DNA from: a bacterium
GTDB taxonomy: Bacteria; Hinthialibacterota; Hinthialibacteria; Hinthialibacterales; Hinthialibacteraceae
Assembly: GCA_041946805.1 (NCBI GenBank)
Contig: JBHGBC010000115.1
Coordinates: 1 to 18,757, forward strand
DNA: 18,757 bases
Reading direction: 5' to 3'
Shown here: one piece after another, positions 1-8,802 of the stretch
How positions within the stretch are numbered: position 1 is the stretch's first letter
How the letters are laid out: the number at the start of each line of letters is the position of its first letter
Made by a program: the position numbers and the translations under genes
Notes under the pieces: model-generated
The model's input: only the letters and a program-made list of their open reading frames with translations
Database searches by the model: none
Told to the model about the DNA's origin: nothing

Positions 1-2
1 GC

Positions 3-683
3 GGGTTCACGCTGATCGAACTGCTTATCGCCGTGGCCGTGCTCGGCATTCTGTCCGCCATCGTGGGCGCGAACTACCTCAGCGCCATGGAGCGGGCCGA
101 CGCCGCCGCCTGCCGGCAAAATCTCCGTACCCTGCACAACGCCTTGCTTGCGTACCGGCTCGATTACAACCGCTTCCCCCCGGCCGATGGGTTGGCCGAT
201 ACCCATCCCCAGCCGGGCTACACCGCTTATGGTTGCGGGCCGGCGGCCAACGGCTATTGGAGCGGCGTGTCGCTCCTGCTGGCCGAGCGCGGCTACTGCC
301 CGGAAGCGGCCTTGTATTGCCCCACCCTGCGCCGCGAGCACGGGCGTCCAGTGGCCGCCTATCCGTCCTGCAACGGCTCGGATTTATCGGGCAAAGAGGT
401 CCCCCAGTGGCGGTTTCTGCGGTACGCCTACAACAGCGCCGCCGCCGACGCGGGGGGATACGCGGGAGGCGAAAACAACATCGAGTCGGAGTGGGATGCC
501 GATGTCTGGATGGTCCGCTGCCTGCATCTCAACGTGGAGGAGTTCAACCCGGACCGCGCCGTGGCTTTCCCGGTGCGTATCGGGCCGGACGAAACCGATC
601 CCCGGCGGACCTGGTACGGCGAGTTCGAGCTGACCATTCACGGGGCCATCCGCACGCGGGCGGTGCAGGCGCGCGGGCATTGA
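3..683 (+). CDS. Prepilin-type N-terminal cleavage/methylation domain protein (type II secretion pseudopilin G-like), 5'-truncated by the window edge
   Basis: The frame of ORF 33..683 is open back to nt 3 and reads GFTLIELLIAVAVLGILSAIVGANYLSAMERA, the class III signal motif G|FTLIE plus hydrophobic helix. It continues with the GspG-like segment NLRTLHNALLAYRLDYNRFP. The start codon lies upstream of the window. Confidence 0.88.
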   Translation, partial: GFTLIELLIAVAVLGILSAIVGANYLSAMERADAAACRQNLRTLHNALLAYRLDYNRFPPADGLADTHPQPGYTAYGCGPAANGYWSGVSLLLAERGYCPEAALYCPTLRREHGRPVAAYPSCNGSDLSGKEVPQWRFLRYAYNSAAADAGGYAGGENNIESEWDADVWMVRCLHLNVEEFNPDRAVAFPVRIGPDETDPRRTWYGEFELTIHGAIRTRAVQARGH

Positions 684-795
684 CGGGAAAAGCGGATCCT
701 TGCCTGGTACTGCGGCCGTTTACATCCTGATTGTTTCTTCTACCGCACTATCGGACTTGAACACCCTGCACCAACGTGATTCCTGGTAATCGGGA

Positions 796-1674
796 CTATT
801 TTCCATTCCACCGCGGGACGCCGCTGGCTTGGGAGTTCGCGATCACGAAATCGACCAGTTCTTGATCTTCGAACCAACCGCTCCACATGTTATGCCCCTG
901 CCCCGGGATCACCTTGAGCGTGATGGGGCCGCCCAGCTGCTGATACCGCCGGGCCAGTTCGCCGGAGTTCGCTTCCAGCGGCACGACGGTGTCGCTGTCC
1001 CCATGGATGTGATAAATGGGGACCCGCGCCGCCGCCAGCCCTTCCAGGCGGTCGATCGGATTGTACTTGGTGATTTGGTCCGCCAATTGCGCTTCCGTCA
1101 GATGATACGCGCCGTGGGCCACAGCAAGGCCGGGATAGCTGATGAGATTGCAAACCGGGTAGATCCCCGCGATCGCGGAGACGGAGGCGGGATGATCGGC
1201 CGCCCAATTGTACAGCATCAGGCCGCCCCGGCTGCGCGCCAACAGGCTGGGTTTCCGGGAATACGGCCTCCGGGTGGTCATTTCCTCAAAAAAGGCCGAG
1301 TATAAGGCGCAACCGTCGGGACTGCCATACGACTCGCCGGCATCGATCCCGGCGATCGCGATGCCCGCCGCCAGGAAGCGCTCGAACATCCAGCGTTCTT
1401 CCGTCCCCGGGAGGCCGGGCAGAGTCGGGGCATACCAGACCCAGGGAATGACGGAACCCGTTGTGGACGAGGCCGGGGGAATGACGAAGGCGGTGCGCCT
1501 TTCCACCTTGAATTCCTCGCCGGGCAGTGGCAACACCTTGGCGGCGGCATCCTTGCCCGGCTCCGCGGCGAATCCGCGCGCCAAACCCCAGCCGCCCTCC
1601 AGACACAAACCGCCCACGCATACCCCGAGCATGCCGTAAATCCATCGCCGATGAAAAAGCCGCCATGTGCTCAT
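796..1674 (-). CDS. Exported alpha/beta-fold serine hydrolase (prolyl oligopeptidase/esterase-like), 292 aa
   Basis: Nucleophile elbow LLARSRGG, acid in HIHGDSDTVV, His in GQGHN. Start moved to ATG 1674 (MSTWRLFHRRW...) because it has an upstream AGAAGGGAG SD-like sequence and begins a signal-peptide-like N-terminus; the extension to 1956 reads as non-coding. Confidence 0.82.
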   Translation of the reverse strand: MSTWRLFHRRWIYGMLGVCVGGLCLEGGWGLARGFAAEPGKDAAAKVLPLPGEEFKVERRTAFVIPPASSTTGSVIPWVWYAPTLPGLPGTEERWMFERFLAAGIAIAGIDAGESYGSPDGCALYSAFFEEMTTRRPYSRKPSLLARSRGGLMLYNWAADHPASVSAIAGIYPVCNLISYPGLAVAHGAYHLTEAQLADQITKYNPIDRLEGLAAARVPIYHIHGDSDTVVPLEANSGELARRYQQLGGPITLKVIPGQGHNMWSGWFEDQELVDFVIANSQASGVPRWNGK

Positions 1675-2033
1675 GGTTCGAGATGGCTCCCTTCTCCTCA
1701 GAATCAGAACACGAAAACAGTTACATTTTACAGGATTATTCCGGTTAACTGAATAAGAGTCCCCTGCCGGGGACAGTCTATCCGCGCCGCAGTGGATCAA
1801 TTCTGGTAAACGTAACACGGCCGCCGCCCCCTTTGCCTTCCCTTCCTCCTTTGGATGAGAGCCATGGTGAGAAACCTCTTCGGAGTATCGTATGCCATCC
1901 CTCTCCGCGTAATGATTTCCCGATATACACTTCTTGACATCATGTCTTCCATACACATTCCCGCCGGATCGTTGATAATACTTCCCGCCTTTCTCATCCC
2001 TGGCCTATCCCGTATGAAGAGAGGATTCCGCTT

Positions 2034-3995
2034 ATGCGGCCTACCTCCCCCGGCGTTCCTCCGCAATCCATCCATCCCCTGGAATCCACTTGGATTCCCG
2101 TTCTGATCCTGGTTCTCCTGACCGGCTGTGCGACTCCCCTCCGCGTCACTCCCACCACGGAGAACATCTGGTTCGATCAGATGCACAACAGCGCCTTGCT
2201 GTCGGATACCCTCAGCGAGCCAACGCGGTGGTTCCTGTATCAACGGGAATTGGAGGCGGAATACAAGAAGGATCCAGCCGCCCTGATCGCGGCGCTGGAC
2301 CGGGACATCGTCCGGGAAACCGGCCGGGACGCCTTCCTCGCCCTGGCGGAAATATGTTACGAACAGGCCCAGAAACAGCATCGAAAGAAGGACCTGTCCA
2401 GCCGGCTGTCGATGTCGTGCGTCCGGTACGCGTACGCGTATCTCTTTGAAACCGGCCTGACGCCCCAGCCGGACCTCTACAGTCCCCGGTTCCGCATGGC
2501 CTGCGATCTCTACAACCGTTCCCTCGCGCGCTTGATCCAACTCGGCGGCCGGCATGCCCAGGCCCAAGGTACGCAAATCACGCTGCCGATGATCCAAGGC
2601 ACGGTGAACATTTTGACTTCGAAAAGCACGGCCTCGTTCGACCTCAACCAGTTTACCGAGTTGCTCGATGTCTATCAGCTCAAAGTCCGGGGCGTCGCGC
2701 ATATCCACCGGAACTATGGCATCGGCGCGCCCCTGGCGGCCGTCCATCGCACGGCCTCCCCGGAGGGAGGCGCTGATCCGGACGCGCGCATTTTTCTACC
2801 GGATTTGACGCTTTCTTATTCCGCCACGGCGGTTCTGCGTTTTCCGGATCCCATTGCCCAGCAAGATCCGGCGAACGTTCAGGCGGTCTTCGAGTTGTAT
2901 GACACCACCCGGCACCACGCCATCGAGATCGGCGGACGCCGCGTCCCCCTGGAGGCGGATTACACCACGCCCCTCGCCTATCAAATCGAACAGCGCCAAG
3001 AGGATTATTCCGGCTTCTTTTCGATGCTGTTTACTGGATCCGCGGAATCCAAACGCGGCATGATGATGATGCAACCCTACGATCCCCACAAAATCCCCGT
3101 GATCTTTATCCACGGGCTGATGTCCTATCCCCAGACCTGGATTCCCATGGTCAACACTCTCTTGGGAGACAATGGCCTCCACCAACAATACCAGTTCTGG
3201 TTCTACCGCTATCCGACCGGATACCCGCTGATGTACTCGGCCATGCAATTGCGGGAAACCTTGCAGACCATGCGGCGCGTGTTGGATCCGGAAGGGGATG
3301 ATCCGGCCTTCGATCACACGGTGCTCATCGGGCACAGCATGGGAGGCGTCCTGACCAGGTTGATGGTCCAATCCAGCGGCGGTGAATTATGGCGGAAAAT
3401 CATGCCGGATAATCCCGCCATCGAGGAATTGAACGCCCGGCCCGAAGTGAAGGACCTGTTAGGGAACATGATCCATTATGAGCCGGTGCCGTTCGTGCAG
3501 CGGATCATCATGATCGCCGCTCCCCACCGGGGTTCCCAGACCGCATCCGGTTTTTTCGGCCGGATGGGGAACCGGCTGATTTCCCTGCCCCGGTCCTTCA
3601 TCGCGGCCGGCGAGGAACTGCTCACCACCCTGCGCCTGGCCGGCCGGCCCAAGGATGAATTGAAGCGGACCGGCATCAGCAGTTTGTCCTCAAGGAACCG
3701 CGCGCTGCAAGTGACCGCGGACATGCCCATCGCCCCCGGCGTGACCTATCATTCGATCATGGGGAACAACCGGGAGGCGGGCCTTCCCGGCGGCACGGAT
3801 GGATTGGTGTCTTACGAAAGTTCCCACCTCGAGGGGGCCGCCTCCGAGAGCATTTATCACTCCCAGCATGATGTGCATGCCAATCAGTTGGCCATCAGCG
3901 AGGTCCGCCGGATATTGCTGGATCATCTGGAGGAGAACCGGGACCTGTTTCCGGAAACAGCCAAGGAGGAAGCCCAGGACATCGGCAGGATATAG
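2034..3995 (+). CDS. Lipoprotein esterase/lipase-family alpha/beta hydrolase, 653 aa
   Basis: Lipobox WIPVLILVLLTG|C; oxyanion motif PVIFIHGLMS; GHSMGG nucleophile; AAPHRGS; TDGLV acid and C-terminal HDVH His. GAGAGGA SD-like sequence upstream of ATG 2034. Confidence 0.85.
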   Translation: MRPTSPGVPPQSIHPLESTWIPVLILVLLTGCATPLRVTPTTENIWFDQMHNSALLSDTLSEPTRWFLYQRELEAEYKKDPAALIAALDRDIVRETGRDAFLALAEICYEQAQKQHRKKDLSSRLSMSCVRYAYAYLFETGLTPQPDLYSPRFRMACDLYNRSLARLIQLGGRHAQAQGTQITLPMIQGTVNILTSKSTASFDLNQFTELLDVYQLKVRGVAHIHRNYGIGAPLAAVHRTASPEGGADPDARIFLPDLTLSYSATAVLRFPDPIAQQDPANVQAVFELYDTTRHHAIEIGGRRVPLEADYTTPLAYQIEQRQEDYSGFFSMLFTGSAESKRGMMMMQPYDPHKIPVIFIHGLMSYPQTWIPMVNTLLGDNGLHQQYQFWFYRYPTGYPLMYSAMQLRETLQTMRRVLDPEGDDPAFDHTVLIGHSMGGVLTRLMVQSSGGELWRKIMPDNPAIEELNARPEVKDLLGNMIHYEPVPFVQRIIMIAAPHRGSQTASGFFGRMGNRLISLPRSFIAAGEELLTTLRLAGRPKDELKRTGISSLSSRNRALQVTADMPIAPGVTYHSIMGNNREAGLPGGTDGLVSYESSHLEGAASESIYHSQHDVHANQLAISEVRRILLDHLEENRDLFPETAKEEAQDIGRI

Positions 3996-4004
3996 CGAAT
4001 TGGC

Positions 4005-4134
4005 AGGCGTTCCCTCACCCTGCCCCTCTCGCGGAGGGAGAGGGAATCGGGGGTGGATCTCCCGAACCAACCGGGTTGAGAACGGGCCGCGTTTTCAGAA
4101 GAAAAGTACGCACTGGCCGGATAAACCCAAATCC
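4005..4134 (+). repeat. Dispersed intergenic repeat, copy A (BoxC-like palindrome plus conserved tail)
   Basis: 4012-4112 aligns with 17200-17299 at about 80% by hand alignment, including an identical 21-mer TTTTCAGAAGAAAAGTACGCA. It begins with CCCTCACCCTGCCCCTCTCGCGGAGGGAGAGGG. Confidence 0.8.
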
Positions 4135-4159
4135 TCCCGCTTTATGGGCGTTTCAAAAT

Positions 4160-5623
4160 TCACTCCACGCGATCGTCCGTTTTTCCCCCGGCTGCCTCCA
4201 ACGGCGCGTCTTTCTCCCAGCCGCCTCCGAGCGCCTTATAGAGGTACACGATGTACAGCAATTCGTCCCGCTGGACCTGCGCCAGGGCCAATTCCGCGTC
4301 GAACAGATCCTTCTCGGCGTCCAGCACTTGCAAGTAACTGTCCGTGCCACCCAGGAACCTCCGGTTGGCCAGCCGCAGCCGGTCCTGGAGCGATTGCACC
4401 AGCAACTCCTGCTGTTCCCGTAGTTCCCGCGTCTTCTGGAATCCGATCAGCGCGCCGGAGACTTCCTGGAAGGCGGTTTGAATCACCTTTTCGTATTGCG
4501 CCAGCATTTGCGTATAGCGGGCTTGGGCGGCCAGGTTCATGGCGCGGATGCGTCCCGCGTTGAAGACTGGCTGCAGGGCGTTGGCGGCGATGGACCAGGT
4601 ATCGGAATGAGACGAAATGAAGTCCTCCAGGTCCTGGCTTTCCAGGCCCACAAATCCAGTCAGCGAAAGGCGGGGAAAATAGAGCGCCTTGGCCACGCCG
4701 ATTTGCGCATTGGCTGCGATCAGCATCTCTTCCATCTCCCGGATGTCCGGCCGCCGCTCCAGCAAGTCCGAAGGCAATCCCGCGGGGATTTCGGGAGGCA
4801 CAGGCTGCCCGGTCAGCGCCGGTCCGCGCGGGATGTCCCCCGGAGGGCGGGCCAGCAACAGGCTCAGCGTGTTTTCGGTCTGCCGGATTTGACCCTCCAA
4901 GGCGGGAATCCGGGCGGAGGCCGAATACACCAGCGTTTCCGCCTGCCGCACCTCCAGGCGCGTGGCCACACCCTCTTGCTTGCGCAGTTGGGTGAGTTGC
5001 AGCGAGCGTTTGCGGGCGGCCAGGGTGCGTTTGGCGATCTCGAGTTCCAAATCCAGTTCGCGCAGGTCCAGGTAGGCGCGCGCCACTTCGGCCAGAATGG
5101 AGATCGTGACCGCCCGTTGGGCCCATTCCTGGGCCAGCCACTCGGCGCGGGCCGCCTCGGTCTGCCGCCGGATCCGGCCCCAGATATCCAACTCCCAACT
5201 CAGGTTGAATCCGCCCTGAAAGTAGTTGGATTCCAGATTGGCCCGGTTGGGTGAATCCTTGTAGGGATAGACATTCTCCGAAGAGCGCTGGCGGGCCGCG
5301 CCCGCGCCGGCGTCGATCTGCGGGAAGAGGGCGGAGCCGGTTTCGGTCACCCGGGCCCGGGCCTCCAGCACGCGGGCCACGGCGATGCGGATGTCGTAGT
5401 TGTTCTCGAGCGCGGTTTGGATCAACTCCCGCAATTGGGCATCCTGGTACAACTCGAACCACGACAGATCCGCCAGGGACGCCGATTCATGCCCCGGAAC
5501 CGCTTCCGGCGCGTCCCGGAAGCTCGCCGGCGGCGAAACGGGCGGCCGTTGGTAATTTGGCCCCATGGCGCATCCTGAGAAGCAACACAGCAGGGCGGGA
5601 AGAAGTAGGATGGTCCTGTTCAT
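4160..5623 (-). CDS. RND efflux outer membrane factor lipoprotein (OprM/NodT family), 487 aa
   Basis: MNRTILLLPALLCCFSG|CAMGPNYQRP lipobox; family motifs SWELDIWGRIRR, PAGLPSDLLERRPDI, AQIGVAKALYFPRLSL, LYKALGGGW. Its ATG (5623-5621) overlaps the RND stop as ATGA. Confidence 0.95.
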   Translation of the reverse strand: MNRTILLLPALLCCFSGCAMGPNYQRPPVSPPASFRDAPEAVPGHESASLADLSWFELYQDAQLRELIQTALENNYDIRIAVARVLEARARVTETGSALFPQIDAGAGAARQRSSENVYPYKDSPNRANLESNYFQGGFNLSWELDIWGRIRRQTEAARAEWLAQEWAQRAVTISILAEVARAYLDLRELDLELEIAKRTLAARKRSLQLTQLRKQEGVATRLEVRQAETLVYSASARIPALEGQIRQTENTLSLLLARPPGDIPRGPALTGQPVPPEIPAGLPSDLLERRPDIREMEEMLIAANAQIGVAKALYFPRLSLTGFVGLESQDLEDFISSHSDTWSIAANALQPVFNAGRIRAMNLAAQARYTQMLAQYEKVIQTAFQEVSGALIGFQKTRELREQQELLVQSLQDRLRLANRRFLGGTDSYLQVLDAEKDLFDAELALAQVQRDELLYIVYLYKALGGGWEKDAPLEAAGGKTDDRVE

Positions 5624-8600
5624 GCGCGTTCTCCCTCCGGCTGCCCGCTGTTGGATTCCCCGGCGGGCGGGATGGGTTTTCTCCACTCCACAAGACGTTC
5701 GAGCACGACGTAAAACGCGGGAACCAGCAGGATCCCGAGACAAGTGCCCACCAGCATGCCGCCAATCACCACGGTCCCCAGCGACACGCGGCTGGCCGCG
5801 CCCGCCCCGGTGGACAGCGCCAGGGGCACCACGCCCAGGATGAAGGCGAACGAGGTCATGAGAATGGGACGCAGGCGCAGATGGGCCGCTTCCACCGCCG
5901 CTTCGGTGACCGGTTTCCCGGCGTCCCGCTGCTGCCGCGCGAACTCGACGATCAAGATGGCGTTCTTGGCGATCAAGCCCATCAGCATGATCAATCCAAT
6001 GCTGGAATACACGTCATTGGCATGCCCGCTGATCCAGGTGAACAAGTACGCGCCCAGGACGCCCGTCGGCAGCCCGAACACCACCGCCAGGGGAATCAGC
6101 CAGCTTTCATACTGGGCGGCCAGGAACAGGAAAACCATCAACACCGCGAAACCCAGCACCATCCCGGTGCTGCCGGACGCCTTTTTCTCCTGGTACGCCA
6201 TCGTCGTCCAGTCATACCGGAACCCGGGCGGCAAGAACTTGGCGGCGGTCTCTTCCATGGCCGCGAGGGCCTGGCCCGAGCTGTAGCCGGGAGCCGGCCC
6301 CCCCAGGATGTCCGCGCTGCGCAGGATGTTGAAGCGGTTCACCGACAACGGGCCGCTGACCGAAGCCAGCGTGACGATCTCGTTCATCGGGACCATCCGC
6401 CCGTCCCCGGTGCGGACATAAAAGCGTTGGATATCATCCGGCGTCTGGCGGTATTGGGATTCGGCCTGCATCATGACGCGGAAGGTGCGCCCGTATAAAT
6501 TGAAATCGTTCAGATAGTAGCCTCCCAGGAAGGTTTGCAAGACCTGGAAGACGTTCGAGACCGGCACGCCCAGGGTTTTGCAGCGGTCGCGGTTGACGGC
6601 CAGCGAGAGTTGCGGTTCGTTGGGGGAAAAGGTCGTCAAGACGCCCGCCAATTCCTTCCGCTCGCGCGCGGCGCTTACCACCCGCAGCGTGGCGTCGGCC
6701 AGGGCGGCGATGTCCTTGCCTCCCATGTCCTGGATCTTCATGTTGAAACCGCCGGCGTTGCCCAGGCCCTTGATGGGCGGCACGTCGAAGGCGGTGATGC
6801 GGCCACCCGGAATGGCCGCCAACTTCGTCCGCAGGGCCTGCAGGATGGCCGGGGCCTGCAATTCCGGCGTTTTCCGCTCTTCCCACGGATCCAGCACCAC
6901 AAAGAGCGAACCCACGTTCGAGGCGTAGATGCCGCTGACCATGCTATAACCGCCCATCGAAAAGTAATTGGCGGCACCGGGAATACCACCGATCACCGTT
7001 TCGGCTTGCACGGTGACTTCATCGGTGCGCGCGAGTGAGGCGCCGGGCGGCAGCATGACGTCGACCATGAAATACCCCTCGTCTTCCGTGGGGACGAATC
7101 CCGAGGGCACGGCGGCATTCAGTTTATAAATGCACAAGATCACCACCCCCATGGTGATCCCCACCAGGAGCAGACGGCGGATCAGCAGCCGCACGACGCT
7201 CAAATAGCGGTGGGTGCTCCAATCGAATCCCGTGTTGAATCCCCGGAAAAAGAGGCCCAGCACTCCTTGGGATTGGGTTCCGGGTTTCAACAGCAGCGCG
7301 CTGAGCGCGGGACTGAGCGTCAGCGCGTTCAAGGCGGAAAGGGCCACCGACACGGAGATCGTCAACGCAAATTGCTGATACAAGCGGCCGGTGATCCCAG
7401 GAAGGAACGCGACGGGAATGAACACCGCCATCAACACCAGGGCGATGGCCACCACGGCTCCCGAGACCTCGCGCATCGCCTCGATGGCCGCGTCCCGGGG
7501 ACTCATCTTCTTGTGGGTCATGTTGTGCTCGACCGCTTCCACCACCACGATGGCGTCGTCCACCACAATCCCGATGGCCAGCACCAGGCCGAACAGCGAC
7601 AGCACGTTGACGGAGAATCCCAGCAACGGGAAGAAGACGAATGTCCCGATGAGGGAGACGGGGACGGTGAGCAAGGGGATCAGGGTCGCGCGCCAATTCT
7701 GCAGGAAGATGAACACGACCAGAATGACCAGGACTATCGCCTCGAAGAGGGTCTTCACGACCTCGCGGATGGATTCGCGCACGAACAGGGTGCTGTCGTA
7801 GGTGACTTGATAGCTCAATCCCTTCGGAAAATTCCGGCTGATCTCTTCCAGCGTCCGGACGAGCGCGTCCGCGGTTTGGATGGCGTTGGCGTCCGGCAGC
7901 TGGTAAATCAGCAGCAGCGAGGCCGATTTGGCGTTCAAGCGCGAAAACGTCCCGTAATCGGCCGCGCCCAGTTCCACCCGGCCGATGTCGGACACCCGGA
8001 CCACGGAACCGTCCGGCCGCGCCCGCAAAATGATGTTGCTGAATTCTTCCGGCGTGCTGAGCCGCCCCTGGGCTTTGACGGTGTATTCAAATTCCTGGCC
8101 GGGCGGATTGGGCGGTTGTCCGATTTTCCCCGCGGCGGCCTGGATATTCTGTTCCTGCACCGCCTGAATGACATCCGCGGCGGTCATGCCCAGCCGGTAC
8201 ATCTTGTCCGGATCCACCCACAGGCGCATGCCGTATTCCCGCTCGCCCGCGATCAGGACGTCGCCCACGCCCGCCACGCGGAAGAGGGCGTCCTTGACAT
8301 TCATCTTGGCGTAATTGCTCACGAAGAGTTCATCGAAGGTTTTATCCGGCGAGTAGATGGATATGACCATGAGCATATCCGTGGACTGCTTCTTGATCGT
8401 GATGCCGTTGCGGCGCACATCTTCCGGCAATTTCGGTTCGGCCAGTTTGACCTTGTTCTGCACCTGCACTTGGGCGATGTCCAAATCCGTGCCGATCTCG
8501 AAGGTGGAGGTGATGCTCAGCTGCCCGTCGTTGGTGCATTGGGAATCGAAATACAGCTGGTTTTCGACTCCGTTGAGTTCCTGTTCGACGGGCGAAGACA

Positions 8601-8784
8601 CCGTTTGTTCCACGACCTCCGCGCTGGCGCCCAGGTAGCGGGTGGTGCTTTTGATGGTTCCCGGCGTAATTTCCGGATACCGGGCGATGGGCAGGCCCGA
8701 CAGCGTGACCAGGCCGGTGATCACCAGGACGATGGAGATCACCATGGCAAAGATGGGGCGGCGGATAAAGAAATAGGAGAACAT
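5620..8784 (-). CDS. RND efflux transporter permease, HAE1 (AcrB/MexB-like) family, 1054 aa
   Basis: N-terminal FFIRRPIFAMVISI; proton-relay motifs GIVVDDAIVVVE, LIAKNAILIVEFA and RLRPILMTSFAFILGVVPL are intact; typical length; GGGGAGGG SD upstream. Confidence 0.97.
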   Translation of the reverse strand: MFSYFFIRRPIFAMVISIVLVITGLVTLSGLPIARYPEITPGTIKSTTRYLGASAEVVEQTVSSPVEQELNGVENQLYFDSQCTNDGQLSITSTFEIGTDLDIAQVQVQNKVKLAEPKLPEDVRRNGITIKKQSTDMLMVISIYSPDKTFDELFVSNYAKMNVKDALFRVAGVGDVLIAGEREYGMRLWVDPDKMYRLGMTAADVIQAVQEQNIQAAAGKIGQPPNPPGQEFEYTVKAQGRLSTPEEFSNIILRARPDGSVVRVSDIGRVELGAADYGTFSRLNAKSASLLLIYQLPDANAIQTADALVRTLEEISRNFPKGLSYQVTYDSTLFVRESIREVVKTLFEAIVLVILVVFIFLQNWRATLIPLLTVPVSLIGTFVFFPLLGFSVNVLSLFGLVLAIGIVVDDAIVVVEAVEHNMTHKKMSPRDAAIEAMREVSGAVVAIALVLMAVFIPVAFLPGITGRLYQQFALTISVSVALSALNALTLSPALSALLLKPGTQSQGVLGLFFRGFNTGFDWSTHRYLSVVRLLIRRLLLVGITMGVVILCIYKLNAAVPSGFVPTEDEGYFMVDVMLPPGASLARTDEVTVQAETVIGGIPGAANYFSMGGYSMVSGIYASNVGSLFVVLDPWEERKTPELQAPAILQALRTKLAAIPGGRITAFDVPPIKGLGNAGGFNMKIQDMGGKDIAALADATLRVVSAARERKELAGVLTTFSPNEPQLSLAVNRDRCKTLGVPVSNVFQVLQTFLGGYYLNDFNLYGRTFRVMMQAESQYRQTPDDIQRFYVRTGDGRMVPMNEIVTLASVSGPLSVNRFNILRSADILGGPAPGYSSGQALAAMEETAAKFLPPGFRYDWTTMAYQEKKASGSTGMVLGFAVLMVFLFLAAQYESWLIPLAVVFGLPTGVLGAYLFTWISGHANDVYSSIGLIMLMGLIAKNAILIVEFARQQRDAGKPVTEAAVEAAHLRLRPILMTSFAFILGVVPLALSTGAGAASRVSLGTVVIGGMLVGTCLGILLVPAFYVVLERLVEWRKPIPPAGESNSGQPEGERA

Positions 8785-8802
8785 GGCGGCGTCCCTCCCC
8801 GG

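Noticed and set aside
1675..1956. N-terminal extensions in the ORF track (also 5624-5743, 12326-12373, 17560-17676)
   Set aside because: Downstream ATGs have SD sequences or coupled stops and give family-typical N-termini; the extensions cross intergenic DNA, repeats or the neighbouring gene.
3799..4563. ORF sharing the peptide FQKKST with ORF 17094..17651
   Set aside because: The shared peptide is only the translation of the duplicated 21-mer; the ORF overlaps two real genes.
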